Positions 14,748-31,600 of a DNA stretch of 64,000 nucleotides are shown here, in pieces (the first letter of the stretch is position 1; every line of letters begins with the position of its first letter). The DNA lies in NCBI RefSeq assembly GCF_009914755.1, contig NC_060926.1, one strand, 5' to 3'. The DNA comes from the human T2T-CHM13v2.0 reference genome, Homo sapiens. The translations under genes and the position numbers were made by a program. Below the pieces are notes generated by a model, which made no database searches, had not been told where the DNA came from, and saw only the letters and a program-made list of their open reading frames with translations.

Positions 14748-14874
14748 ATAAATCAAGTGATGGACTTTAGGCCTCACAGCTGGCAGAGCTATCATTTAAC
14801 ACCAGGTCTGTGACATATTTCAATGTCTGCTCTGACGCTCATGATGCTAGAGTGTGCATGCGTGAATATGTGTG

Positions 14875-15683
<809 letters not shown>

Positions 15684-16646
15684 TGAGGCAGAATATCAAC
15701 ATCCTATGTACCTTTTTCACCTGGATATATGAAGAAAACCCAAGTCTGGCTACTCAGACACCTCCTCCATTTCCCCATGTCATTCTCCACATGGTGACAT
15801 GGATGACCACACTGCTAAAATATCAGGTGCTCTCCCTCTCCCTGGATATGGAGTGTTTGGACATGGTCTTCTGCCCTCCTGATGCATGAGGCCAAAGCGC
15901 CCACAGGCTCTAGATGTAGGAGAGCTGGCTATAGCTTAGTATATGTGCTTTCCCTAATCCACTTCTAATTTGGGGTAGTAGTTTTGTTATCTGGCTTTTT
16001 CTGGCTACCCAGAACATTCCATCTTATAGGGGCCAAGTGTTTCTGGGTGATGATTCAGATCTCTGCTCCAACTAGAGCAGCAGCTTTCATAATACTCTCC
16101 CTGGATCTCATCACAAATTATCCTGCACAAAACAGTCAGTGTGATCTTTCTGAATCCCTAAACTGATCAAGTCATGCCCTACTCATAATTATTCTGTGTC
16201 TTCCCAGTGCTTACAGGGTGCACTAAAACTCTGTAACACACAAGGTCATGAAGGATCTGCCCCTTTCTATGTAATACCATTCTCTCCTCCAAACTCCCTG
16301 CACATTCTAGAAAAATTGAACAAGTGATGCTTCCCCTGACTTCCCCAGGAGGACTCAGAGGCCCCTTCCTTCATGCTTTTATGTCAGCGTTGTGCCTTTT
16401 ACAGAACTTTATAATAATGGGGAGAGAGGGAGCATGTCAAGCCATCCTGGAATTATTTGTTTCTACGTCTGTCTCCCCACTCAAACTGTAAATTCCTTGA
16501 GAGCAGAGAATGTATCTTTACTGCTTCATATCCCCAATACCTAGCACAGTTCCTAGAACATGGCAGGAACTCAGTAAATATCCATTCCTTTTGAAGAACC
16601 ACGAATTCTTTAGAGGAAGTGATACTCTTAAAATTATGCACCTCAT

Positions 16647-16955
16647 GGCCGGGTGTGGTGGCTCATGCCTATAATCTCAGCACTTTGGGAGGCCGAGGTG
16701 GGTGGATCACTTGAGGTCAGGAGTTTGAGACCAGCCTGGCCAACATGGTGAAACCCTGTCTTTACTAAAAATGCAAAAATTAGCCGGGCATGGTAGTGGG
16801 CACCTGTAATCCCAGCTACTTGGGAGGCTGAGGCAGGAGATCACTGGAATCTGGGAGGTGGATGTTGCAGTGAGCTGAGATTGCACCACTGCACTCCAGC
16901 CTGAGCGATGGAATGAGACCCTGTCTCAAAAAAAAAAAAAAAAGAAAGAAAGAAA
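16647..16955 (+). mobile_element. Alu (AluS-like)
   Basis: 17-bp TSD aaaattatgcacctcat at 16630-16646 and 16956-16972. Confidence 0.96.
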
Positions 16956-17134
16956 AAAATTATGCACCTCATATAATGGACCTAGATAGAAGTTGGATGT
17001 TAGAACTCATGATCTTTGGACAGTCTCTCCAAACGACAAACATAATGATAAGGAAGAGAATAAGGGGTGGCAAAAGTGGTCAGATACACCTTCCTCTCTC
17101 AATATACACACAGTATCCCAGAACACAACTGAAC

Positions 17135-17392
17135 ATTTTTTTTTCCTTTGAGATAGTGTCTTGCTCTGTTGCCCAGGCTGGATTGCAGTGGCGCGATCTC
17201 GGCTCATTGCAATCTCAACCTCCCAGGGTGAAGCAATCCTCTTCCCTCAGCCTCCCAAGTAGCTGGGATTACAGGCACGTGCACACCCAGCTAATTTTCT
17301 GTATGTTTAGTAGAGACTGGGTTTTGCCATGTTGCCCAGGCTGATCTCCAACTTGTGGGCTCAAGTGATCTGCCCGCCTCGACCTCCCAAAA
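17135..17392 (-). mobile_element. Alu (AluJ-like), antisense, 5'-truncated
   Basis: Reverse Alu sequence ending at ...acctcccaaa. Confidence 0.9.
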
Positions 17393-18124
17393 ACCGAAAT
17401 TTTAACTGTAAGAAGAAACATGATAGGATTGTTAAATTGATAGCTACGTGGTTAGCTGTGGATTCTTTTTTGATTGCCTTAAATACATGAAAAGAATGTC
17501 AGAATGAATCCTTCATGGCAATCTCAGTGGTTATTCCTCTCCAAAAGCTTCTGCCCATTCCTTTTCATCTCTGCCTTCCCTTATTTCTCACCACCAGCTC
17601 CTTTATCACGTGGTTTAGAATTCCACAGAAAGATTGAAGAGAAGCCACTTCTGAACTCTGGATTATAAGAAACATCACCATTTGAAGGCTGCCTTAGGGA
17701 ACTATGCAGAGATGATGGGTAAAAATCGAGATGTGGAAAAGTTCAAGGCCTGTGAATGCAACTTTACTTCCTCACTGTAAAATAAAATTAGGTTAAAATC
17801 AAGGTGTTGGCAGGGGGAAAAAAGATTAGGGGCACGTCTCACAGATGTTAATTTTGGCCACGTACCTTAATGTCTTAATACATTAATATGATACATACAT
17901 TAATAGCTTAATAGCTTCACACTAATAGATCTTACTAAAGAAAAATGATTTAGGATGGTAGTAAGCAGAAGAAATGATTGGATAAATTTGAATTTGAAGG
18001 ATTTTTGCCTTTAGATGTTTCCGTGGAAGATATTTTCTGTAAAGGTGATGCCTTAGGTTTATACTTTTCCAAACACAGGATATTGCTAGGCCACATATAT
18101 AAAGAAAAGGCCAAAAACATATTA

Positions 18125-18221
18125 AGAAGGAAGGAAGGGAGAAAAGAAAAAAGGGAGGAAGGAAGAAGGAAGGCAGGAAGGAAGGGAAGGCAGGGAGGGA
18201 GGAAGGCAGGAAGGAAGGAAG
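18125..18221. repeat. Purine-rich (GGAA/GAAG)n-like simple repeat
   Basis: About 95 bp of almost pure A/G on the + strand. Confidence 0.9.
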
Positions 18222-19066
18222 TTAGTTATATTCAGAATGTTCATTGTGATGGATGAGAATGGAATGCTCATGAAGTGCTCAGCTGGGCTGAAGTCACAGG
18301 TCCGCAGGTATCAAGAGCAGTGGTGACTCCTGTGAGTAAAAAGACTAACAGGGCTCCAAACAAGATAGGATTCAGAGTTGAGACTCCTACTTGAAGCCAG
18401 TAAATGAGGTGGTTCATTTAGGCTGATAAAAAGCGTCTGGGAAAAAGAATGGGGTAGGGGAGAGGTTATGTGATCCTGTGCTCTAACCGTAGCAATTTCT
18501 TCCACATATTCTCCATCGTCTGGGGTGATGCTGACCATCACCCAGGACTATGACTTTTAGCCACCTTCTGGCTGAGGATGGTAGAAGGATATATAAGCAG
18601 CCAGGCCTGTGGCTGCCACAGTCATAGGCTCTTCCATATGCCCAATAAGACCATGGGACAGCAGCACAAAATGCCATTCTACAACCTGGCTCTGGGCTAG
18701 AGACCCAGAGAGCCAAGCAGACATAACCATAACATTACTAGAATAGGAGGGTGGGCAAAGGGGAAGTGAGAGGGAGAGAGAAAACAAAATCCTCTTCCTC
18801 CTCACCCTTTCAGTGAGCCTGCCAACTGAAATTTCAGAACACCTGAATAAACCTAAAGCTGAGGAAGACAACCCACCAAAACAACAAATGAAGCATAAAT
18901 TCGTTTGAAATGAAACTAAATTCATGGAATAGTCTGAAGGATTAATGTAGATAACTACTAACTGTAAGAAGGAAAACAATTTGGGATAAAATACGTAAAA
19001 ACTAACTCTAATCATACAGTTGGGGCAGGGACAGCATCCAGTGTGTGATTTAGGCATGCACAAGTT

Positions 19067-19382
19067 GTTTTTCTTTGTTTGGTTTTTTGTTGTTGTTTTT
19101 GAGATGGAGTCTCGCTCCGTCGCCCAGGCTAGAGTGCAGTGGCATGATCTTGGCTCACTGCAACCTCCGCCTCCCAGGTTCAAGCGATCCTCTTGCCTCA
19201 GCCTCCTGAGTAGCCGGGGTTGCAGGTGCATGCCACAACACCTGGCTGATTTTTGTATTTTTAGTAGAGACGGGGTTTCACCGTGTTGGCCAGACTGGTC
19301 TCGAACTCCTGACCTCAGGTGACCCGCCCTCCTTGGTCTCCCAAAATGCTGAGATTACAGGTGTGAGCCACCGTGCCCGGCC
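19067..19382 (-). mobile_element. Alu (AluSx-like), antisense
   Basis: Alu consensus. Diverged TSD taggcatgcacaagtt / taggcacgcataggtt. Confidence 0.95.
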
Positions 19383-19684
19383 TAGGCACGCATAGGTTTT
19401 TGTACTCAGAAAGGGGATAGAACTACAGGAAAATTGACAGTTAAGCAAACATGTTAAACTAATTTGTAGTTAAGCAAATATGTTAAAACTATAGAAAAAC
19501 AATGTCTAGTTTCTAAACCAAAAGAAGAAAGGGTCTACAGAAAATTTAATCAATCTAACAGAAGACAGGAAATGAGGAAAAAAAGCATTGGAGGAAAAGG
19601 TTGGTAAAAAGAGATTTCTATCTATATGACCATGCTTTTGAATTATCAGGCAGTCAGTTTTTCCCAAGATTTCCAGTACATAAG

Positions 19685-19897
19685 CAGTGGTGTACTGGTA
19701 AATGTTTAAACTGGCTGGTTGCGGATAGGGGTGGGAGTGGGGCTGATTTTCAGTGTTTACTCGTTTTCATGGTGTAAATATTCCCACCATAGCCAATTTC
19801 AAGCTATCAATCTGATATCAACCAGCTCACAGAATTCCTGAAAATGTTAACAGTAATGTCTAGTAAGCTTATGCATGCTGGTTCTAGGATACTATTG
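19685..19897 (-). mobile_element. MER63A-like hAT-Blackjack MITE
   Basis: Starts cagtggtgtactggtaaatgttta. Internal 'ggtgtaaatattcccaccatagccaatttcaagcta' and 'agaattcctgaaaatgttaaca'. About 210 bp. Confidence 0.7.
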
Positions 19898-19974
19898 TTT
19901 ACTCGTTTGGGATAGACAGGATTTCCTCATAGTCTTCCTACTGCATATAACTTTTGACAATAAAATAAAAAGAT

Positions 19975-20880
19975 TCAACAATGAGATACCACTACATACC
20001 TATTGGAATGACCAAAATCTGGAACACTGACAATACCAAATGCTGCCAAGGATGTGGAGCAAAAGGAACTCTCCTTCATTTTTGGTGGGAATGCAAATGG
20101 TATAGCCACTTTGGAAGACAGTTTGCTAATTTCTTACAAAAGTAAACATATGCTTACCGTAGGGTCTAGCAATCGCCCTTTTTAATATTTACCTAAAGGA
20201 ATTGAAAACTTATATACACATAAAAATCTGCACATGAATGTTTATCACAGTTTTATTTACAAGTGCCAAAACTTGGAAATCACCAAGATGTCCTTCAGTA
20301 GGTGAATGGATGAGTAAACTCTGGTATATCCAGACAATGGAACATTATTCACTGCTAAAAAGAAATCAGCTATCAAGCCATGAAAAGACATGGAGGAATC
20401 TTAAATTCATGTTACCATGTGAAAGAAACCAATCTGAAGAGTCTATATACTGTAGGATTCCAATTACGTGACATTCTGGAAAAGGCAAAACCATGGAGAC
20501 AGTATGGAGATCAGTAGTTGTCAGGAGTTGTGGGCAGGGAGGGAGGGGAAGAACAGGTGGAACCCACAGGATTTTTCGGGCAGTGAAAATACTCTGTATA
20601 ATACTCTACGAATGGATTACATGTCATTATAAATTTGCCCAAACCTATAGAATGTACAACACTGAGAGTGAACTTTAATGTAAACCATGGACTCTGGGTA
20701 ATTACGATGTGTCAGTATGAGTTCCTCAATTGTAACAAATGTACAGGTGGGGGATGTTGACAGTGGAGAGGCTGTGCGTGTAGGGGGGCCGGGGTATATG
20801 GGAAATCTCTGTACCTTTCTCTCAATTTTGCTGTGAACTTAAAACTGTTGTAAAAATAAAGTCTTTAATAAAATAAAACA
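19975..20880 (+). mobile_element. L1MC-like 3' end (ORF2 tail plus 3' UTR)
   Basis: atgagataccactacatacctattggaatg...aaggatgtggagc...ccactttggaagacagttt...tgtgaacttaaaactg...aaaataaagtc. The decayed ORF 20238..20471 resembles the L1 ORF2 C-terminus. Confidence 0.88.
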
Positions 20881-23052
20881 AATTCTCTGCATGCTACTTT
20901 TCTAACTGAAATCATAAGGGAATTTATTATGAAAACAGGACTTGGTGGCATTCTCTTATTAGAGTATTCATCATATGGTTATGGAAGGCTAGTAATTTAT
21001 GATCCTTGCTAGCAAAGCCAGATCAATAAAGAGATAAATGTCCTCAGCACAATAGAATTTATATCATCCACATGATAATTGACCACTGTGTCACACATTC
21101 AATCATTCATCGCATTATCTGATATAACTAGCAGGAAGGGTAATATGTCTATGATTTATTATTAATGCATACTAGTATGAAATTCGTGATCCATCTAACC
21201 TGTTACCTGTCCTTGGCAACATAGTATGTACAGTTGTCTACTTCCAGTAATAGGATCCCGCAGAAAGAATCAGACAACCCTGTTTAATGCTAGGCATTGC
21301 CTGTTGAATTAGAAGAGATCCAAGAAGTGCCTGAGCTAGTGTTACTCCCTCTCTTCTTTTCTCTTCTCTTCCCTTTCTCCTTGTCATCAGTTCTGGTTCC
21401 TTTTTTTTGTTCTGTTTTGTTTTTCTTTCCCCAGAGCACAGTGGCCTGTCTAGAGCAGAGATGGGTGGGTAAGTGGTCCTAAAAGATCCTTTGATGTCAC
21501 TGATTTGCTGCTATGAGTATATTTTGTGACAGTCATTCTGTATCACCTATCTATGCATGTCAGTGAATTAACAGTGGCTTCAAGCTCAGGACACACCATA
21601 ATACCAGGGCGGGGAAACAGCAGGTCCCCTGGGGAAACAGAATGGAGAAAATTAGAAAGGAAAACAGAAAGATAACCATTCAGAAACCCATGCATAGAGT
21701 TAGTTCCCTAACAATAGGAGTCAAAAGTATTCCAAACTGTCTCCCCCTCCCCCTTCTTTCCCAACCTCTTGGGAACATGTGTTGGTTGCCTGCAACGTCT
21801 GTGCTTTACTTTGCAAGGGTTAATTAGATGGCCTATTATTCAGCAAATTAAAGGCTTGGTTGCCTGAGTTCCTTTCAGAAAGGATTAGGGTCTCTGATGA
21901 GGCTTTGATGTAATAGATGGAGCTGTTCTGCTCCATCTTGTTAATGGAGGAGTTTTAAGGACTCCCCAGACTCTATTTGGCCGTCAGTGTCTTTATTCAT
22001 TCCCTTTCCTAAAGAAGAAAAATATTTTATCTTGCAAAAATTCAGTGCTTGAACAAGGCACTGGATTGACATCCTGGGGGTGGGGTGGGGGGTGGAGGGT
22101 GAAGTGTTCATTTCTTGTCTAAAATCACACAGAAGCAGCACTTCCTGGCTTCCTTGGGTGGCCACTTCCTCTGCAAAAACCATCTCTCCAAAAAAGCAGC
22201 AGGAGCAGTAATTTAGGCCTTGTGGTTCATTGTCCTTTGAAGCTTTTTTGCTAAGAAGTTGGGCAGGAGAGATGACAGGTGACAGGCATGGTAGTGGTTT
22301 GTGTCCTCAGGAACATGAACCAAGACAGCCAATAACTGCAAAATCCTACCTTGCATAAAATGTGTGCACCTACATATTATCTGACAAGATTTTTTTCCAG
22401 ACTTTTTAGTGTGGTTAAGTTGTTATGAAAATCTGGCTTAGTTCATTTTCTCCAATTTGATGTTCACATAATTGGCAGTCAGCCAGAGAAGTGTTTAGTC
22501 AATTTTAGTCTTTACCAAAAGAACAAACATTAAGGGAAGGGTACAAAATGTGGGTAGACACAATGCCAGTACGACTATTGCAGCTCTAGGTCATTATCCT
22601 GCCTCTTTATCTAATCTCCTAGCCCCACTGTGTATTATGGCCTGACATTTTAGCTGGAGTAATTATTGTCATCATTTAGGGAGCAAGTCAGCTGTCCTTT
22701 TGTTGCCAACTCCCACTTGTGTGATGCTCCAGTCTTATTCCTGCCCTTCCCCAACTCACATTGTTGGGATTGAATCGCTCCCTCCTTTGAGTTACTTTTG
22801 ATTCATGGGCTCAACATTTTCAGCAATCTTCTTTTCATTCTTTGCAATGAATAGCACATGGTAGCTTGGCATCCACCTTTTCTTTCCTTAATCAATGCCA
22901 GCATCCAGACATTCAACGTGTCAGGAATCAAGGGGCCTGACCCTATAAAAATTCACCAAGTTGCTGATAGATTTAGCAATGGATTAAGACAGATGGCTCT
23001 TGTCTCTTTGTGTTGGCCACCCAGGGAGAATTTTTTTTACTAGATGATGTAA

Positions 23053-23403
<351 letters not shown>

Positions 23404-23500
23404 TTACATTGAAGAGTGTCATAAGAAACAGCCCTATTAAACCCATAGCTGCATTTACTAGAGAGTGATAATATTCATTACATAGCATGGAGCCATTTCT

Positions 23501-24215
<715 letters not shown>

Positions 24216-24262
24216 CTAGTCTGTTTTTATATCATGGATTTTAAGAAATATAGAACAGAATT

Positions 24263-24540
<278 letters not shown>

Positions 24541-24814
24541 ACTGACTACATTTTATCTTTCACATTGTCTGACAGAAAGCCCAGAGCCCCATTTGTGGAC
24601 ACCGCTAACAAAGTCTTTTATTTGGTATTCTAATTCCTATTAGATTCCAGGGTATCTTTCTTCCCTTATTTCCCCTTTGCTTCATTTTTCTGTTTGGTTT
24701 ATAATTGTTTTTTATCTTTCCTTATCACATATACCTTTATTTATTTAAGCACCTATTGTTTTAAGGTGTCTTAAGTTATTTCTGGAACAAGATGGAATAT
24801 TTTAAAATTTGCAT

Positions 24815-25745
<931 letters not shown>

Positions 25746-27740
25746 TTATTAGCAATAATCAGTTGAAAATTTTATTGAGTAGTTTTTGCTGATTTTCTTG
25801 CATTTAAAATTTTTACTTAATGCCAGCTATGCACATTATAGTTGCACCCACTCATTTTGAGCAGAATCTACAGACTTGTTTGGGATTGTGGGTCTCCAAG
25901 AATAGGGACGGCCTTCTCCGTAGTAGGCAAATTCCCTCTATATTACTTAATTTATAAATTTGAGCTACTAGGCAAAGGCAGTAGTTGTTCAGGAGCAAGT
26001 TCTAAGCCTGTGCACATAAAAGCTATCAGTTCTATTTTCGCTTCTCCTTGTCTTTGCATACCCTATCTCCTCTGCCCTTGTCATCTTATTCCACCTGGTA
26101 ATGAAAATAAATGAGCGAGAGTAGTCAGAAAAGTAAAAGAATAACTAAGAGATGTAGCACCACTACAGGCAATGAAACAGAATGTTTCAAGAAACCAGGG
26201 TAATGATGGTCATTAGTGACCTCTTGAACAGAGAGGTTGAATACAATGAGAACTAAAAAGGGAACACAGAATCGGCAACTTAAAGGCCTTTAGGGTCCTT
26301 TGAGAGAGATTTTAGTTGGGTAGTGAAGATAAAAGATTTTTATGTTCACAAACATTTAGCTACAGGCCCATCTATTAAATTTAAGTTTGCCTAAGATTCC
26401 ATTGGTGACCTCTTCTCTTTTCTTTCAACACTCTTGACTTGTCTTCAAGTTCCAGGGCTACAATCATCATCTTTCCCTTTCTATTTCATTAATTCAGACT
26501 GTATTCTTCCTAAATGAATTCACTCCTTCCCTCTAATCTACTCTCTAATGTGGTGCCACTTTATTTTCTAAAGCAAATATCTAATTGTGTTATATCCTTG
26601 TTCATGAACCTCAGTTTAATGTGGCTAAGAAAGCCCAAACTTACCAGCAAGACCTTCTGGGTTCTGAAAAGATGTTCCAGCCAGACTCTCACCCCATCTC
26701 TATTATAACTGCATTGTTCTGTTCTACTCATATCCCTAGATGAGCCTTGCATTTTATACCAATGAACTTCCTCAAAAGGCTACTGTACCCTCCGCTTGGA
26801 ATGCCTCTTGCCTGCATTTTCTGTCAATACCCCTTTTGTTCTTTAAGACCCAAGGATCATCTCTCATGTGAAACTCTTGCTCCTAGTTAGAATTATTTAC
26901 TTCGTCTGCGCTATTCTAGTGCTTATACTTTTCAGCCTTAAATTATTATTATTTATGTCCATGTCTATTCTAATACTTCTTTCTAAATCCCATGAAAGCA
27001 AATGTCTCATTCCAGGCATTGTTTTCCCTAGGCATTTGCTGTGGCACCATTCACAGTAAATACCTAGTAAGTTTTTGAATGAATCAATGAAATCAATCTC
27101 ATCTGATTCTCTAAATCTTTCATATGTGTAAGTTTGGTATTACCCCAGAAGCTGATAAGTTTCTTGTGGATGAATATAATGTCTTCTGTTTGATTTGCAC
27201 TCTCTTAGCCCCAACCCCAGTTCTGGTATAGTCCTGAGCATGTAATGATCATGCACTGTGGAACAGATTGTTCATTTCTGTTAGAGGATGGCTGGGTACT
27301 ATCTATTCCTTCTCCTTGTAGGGAGAAGAATGCATACAAATGAGAATTGTGGATTTAATTCAGGGAAGGGTGGCAAGTAGGATCATGGGAAGAAATACAA
27401 TTCATGTGTCCCTGGGCATTTAAGCCTGGACTAAGAAGCAGACCATGACTGTTTGTCAAAATGGAAATTGATTTTCGAATCAAAGAAATGAGCCAGACAT
27501 TAAAAAAATTACCCAAAGGCATGAACTTGAAAATGCCAAAGCTCTTTGCTTTTGCTGAATTGCCAGACCCCAGAAATTCCCTTCCCCTCAGAACTTTGAA
27601 AGTTCTGATCAGGGCATCTACTATCAAACAGAAATTTGTCCTCAGTGGTAGGAATCAACTGAGAGAAAGTAGCTAACTAATGAGCACAGTATTATTAAAA
27701 TCTAACTGAGGGAGCCATTGCACATTAACATTTCCTTGTT

Positions 27741-28127
27741 GCTGTGGTTTGAATGTGTCTCCTCCAAAATTCAGGTGCTGGCTTTGTGATAGTATTAAGA
27801 GGTGGGTTCTTTAAGAGGTCGTTAGGTCATGAGAGCCTCTCCGTGGTGAATGGGATTAAGGATTAAGTACTGGATAAACAGGCTTGAAGGAGAGGCAGTT
27901 AGTCTCTTCTTGCCTTTTGGCCTTCCACTGTGTGAAGACACAGCATTCCTCTCCTCTGAAGGAGCCATCTTGGAAGTAGAGAGCAGCCCTCACCAGACAA
28001 CTGAACCTGCTGGAGGCTTGATCTTGGAATTCTCAGCCGTCAGAACTGTGAGAAAATACATTTCTGTTCTTTATAAATTACCCAGTCTTAGGTCATCTGA
28101 TAGAGCAGTGCAAAATGGAGTAAGACA
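27741..28127 (+). mobile_element. Solo MaLR LTR (MSTC/MSTD-like)
   Basis: gctgtggtttgaatgtgtctcctccaaaattca ... agcagccctcaccagaca ... ttataaattacccagtct ... aaatggagtaagaca. Confidence 0.85.
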
Positions 28128-28633
28128 CTTATGTAGCACTCATACTGCTAATTATCAATAGGTGTACCACAGCTATCTTCCTCCAATGGACTGACTGACT
28201 GTATACCCAGCAACTAGTACAGTGTCTGGCCCAGGGAGCTGACATTTATCAATTGTTCGCTATATACCAAATACTAGACATGAATTAACTCATTTATTCC
28301 CCACAATAACCTTTCTAACCATTTAAGGTGTGATCTCCCAGGGACCACACCTTCTCCAGCCCTTTGAACTAAAGGGTGGCATTTGAACATAGACTAACAA
28401 TCTGATAAGCTAGTTGCTGGGGCTGTGTTTATCTGTGCCCTGACTGTGTCACATGGGTGGAGTTGCCTGGAGAAATATCTGGTTAATTGCAAGGTGCTTT
28501 TTATAAAAACTCAACCAAAGAAAAAAGAAAGCCAGGAGGAGGGAGAAGGTGATGACTTGGGGCCACCAGTTAACAATCCTTAAGACTGCCTTAATTCTCG
28601 GACACAAAATTGACATCTTCTTGGCTGCCACTG

Positions 28634-28652
28634 TGTCCAGCAGAGGGCAACC
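28634..28652 (+). promoter_or_regulatory. Candidate CTCF core motif
   Basis: tgtCCAGCAGAGGGCAacc matches the CTCF core CCASYAGRKGGCR. Motif only, no occupancy data. Confidence 0.45.
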
Positions 28653-31600
28653 TTATCCCCATTCTTTGTCAAATGCCGTAGGACAGTTTGAAAGCGTAGC
28701 TTAAACATAAGAAGGAGGTGCCAAGAACAAGAATAAAACAGCCAACTCGGTCAGTATGCCTTCAGTGACTTTTTCTTGGAGATACCTCTCTTTACCTTGA
28801 ATCTGTGCCCCATCTTGACCTGCTACTTGGCTCTGGCCTGGTTCACTTGGCCCTTCTAACTTCATGTCATTTGTTTAGCACTTTTACATCTCTCTCTCTT
28901 TTTCCTCCTCCCAGACTGATTCTGCCTTTTGTCTATAGTATAGTCTCCTTTCCTCTGTTCCTCCTCACTGTGGCTCTCCACTTGTCCCCAGACAAGCAGG
29001 GCTTGAGGATCTAGAATTTTTGTTACCACATCTCCTTCCCTAAGAACATAGTCAGTTAGTCTGGGCTTTTCAAACTATTTCATATTGACCAAGGGCTTAG
29101 AGATAGAGGGTAAAGAGGTTCCTGGTTGACAGGTTTCACTGAGGCTGCAACCCTGGGGCATTACAGGGTTACATATTGCAGCTCTCTGCCTTATTGGGGG
29201 TCTCTGATCCTGGGCCTTGTTTTTGCATAGGGACTTTCTCCAGCCACACTGGTGCACACGTCTTAACTCTAGAGGTAGATTCTGTCCCATTTGCTCAGAG
29301 ATGTGATATTTTGGCTTCAAACCACCACCCTATATGTTTTCTTTTGTCACCTTCTTTACTTTCTTTGAGTCTTCTCTGGGTGAGAAAAGTAGATGTTCTT
29401 TATCCCCAAGTTTCCTGCCCAGTGTCAGGCTTCAGGAAATGCAATGTTCTTCCCTTTCCATTTCCGTCCTACCTTCACTTGAGCTTACTGTGGACCTTTG
29501 GTGCTGACAGCTTTGTCTAAAGATCAGGCTCACTTGTTTATCTTTCCAACCTTGCCCCAGGATCTCTGGCAAGATGGCAGCTGCCCTGTCGTCCAGTAGC
29601 CATGTGGTCTCTTGCTTTTTACACAGACTCTATTCCCGTTACTCATTTCAAAGGGAGACTCAGCTTCCTGTTCAAAAGCTCTCCATCCTACCTTCTTGGG
29701 GATTTTTGTCTTTTAGCAAATACTGACTATTCTCCTCTGATTGATAACCATAGACCTGCCTAACTGGGTAATGCACTCCCAGTTCTCATTTACCTGTTTC
29801 AGGGGAGGACCCCACTTCCCCACCCCAAATGTGAAGTTAGCATGCAATTTCAGTTCTCACCAGTGAGACTTTACAACAGCATCAAATGTGATATTCAGAC
29901 TTCAGGAAAACTGAAATGCAGTTAAATATTCCACCAAACAGGGGGGTGATGTTTCACAGAAATACCATACACAACATCAAGTTTCTCATTCTGCCTTCTT
30001 TTGAGGCATTAGTCATTTTGAGAAAATGCCTGTTTGTCATAGTCTTGTCTTGCAGAATGGAAATTTTCTTCCAAGGCAGAATACTGTGTGCTCTGATATT
30101 TAACCTATAATTAGTGTATCCTCTGGAGGATTTTCTCCCCTTGATTTAGAGGCCTCTTTGTCAGTCAGCCTTCTGTTTGACGATGATAGCAACCACAGGG
30201 CAGCACAGTGAATCACACGGCAGGGAAATGCTTGCTCAGATCCAAAATGTTTAGATCTTCTGTAGCAATGGGAACACATAACAATTCAAGTAGCAGGCCT
30301 GCAAGAAAATAGCAGGAAGTATAAAAGACAGAATATTTATAAAGAAATGAGAAGAGTCATAAATCCTGAGTTTTGATCTAGTTTTGCCCCAATGTATGGA
30401 ATACATTGCTCACCCTCATGCTTTTCTTACCCAGTTTACTAGTATTTTTAGTTTTTGCCTTTTCAGCTGCTCTATATCAAGTGTTTTATTCATTGGTGAA
30501 CAACAGTCAGAGGCTCTTGACAAATAGCTCCCCCTTGCAGGCATCCGGTTTTTTGGTTATGAAATGGCAGTTTACAGGCACAGAGTAGCTGTGTCACGAC
30601 AGCATTATTGTCTTGGAGCAGAGAGTGCACAGACACCACCAGCTTGAGAGCCCGACCTTGTTTCTTGCTAAGAAATGTCCCGTTTTTGCCTGTTTTTGGC
30701 AGAAGCCAGACTGGGAGATTGCTGCAAATGGCTGCAACAACCTGTGTTTAATGTGGTGACACTAATAGATTCTGAGAATTAATCTTCAGCCAAGAAAGCA
30801 TGATGGAAGGTACTAGAATTTCAAATTAGATAGTGGATTGATTTCCTTCAAGGCTGAAATTTGCTTCCTTTATCTTCTGGTGGACTTTTCTATCATATTC
30901 AAAACCACCCATCATGGCCTTATTTCCAGAGTCTCTTGCATATATCTCATGGTATAAATAAATTGTTATTCTGTTGTTTTGTCTGTTAGCACAGAGAAAG
31001 CATATCTAAATCCTAATTTTTTAAAAAAGATTAAAAAATCCAGGAATGAATGAAAGAAAGAATTACTTATGATTTGGGGAAAAGTAGTGTATCTAAATCT
31101 AGTCCTTGCTACTTGTTTTCTAGAATAAAGGACTCTGGAAAGAACTGAGCTCAGGAAAATATCTCCCCAGGTTGAAACACTGTCTTTTGCAGAAACAATA
31201 GCCCTCCAGAGTGTCTGAGATGTGGCAATTATTAAGAGTTCTTACAGTGTCCCCTCAGTCCACTGAGTTGAGGACTCTGGTGTCCATTCTAAAATCATGC
31301 GACTAATTGCTTACAACAGAACTTCCAAGGATATCATTTGTGGGGCCCAAACAAACAAACAAAAAGGTCTCTGTGGCTAAGTAAGCTTGGAAACGTGGGC
31401 TCAAATAGAATTAAACTTTTTTTTACCCTAGCTCTTGTAAGAACCTTTAATAGGCTTGTGTGCATTACAAAACTCCAAACTTACTTGGTTTAGAGAATCA
31501 CCAATGTTTTCCAAACTCTTTTGAATAGGAAACTAGCTTCTTTTTTTGATGGAATGCTTTATGTGTCTAGTGCTTCCCCTAATTCACCTCATGTTGGCTG

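Noticed and set aside
18557-19231. Longest ORF in the track (224 aa, minus strand)
   Set aside because: The N-terminus is translated Alu and the remainder has no recognisable domain. A chance ORF.
20238-20471. ORF resembling the L1 ORF2 C-terminus
   Set aside because: Decayed fragment of an old L1MC copy with no coding potential.
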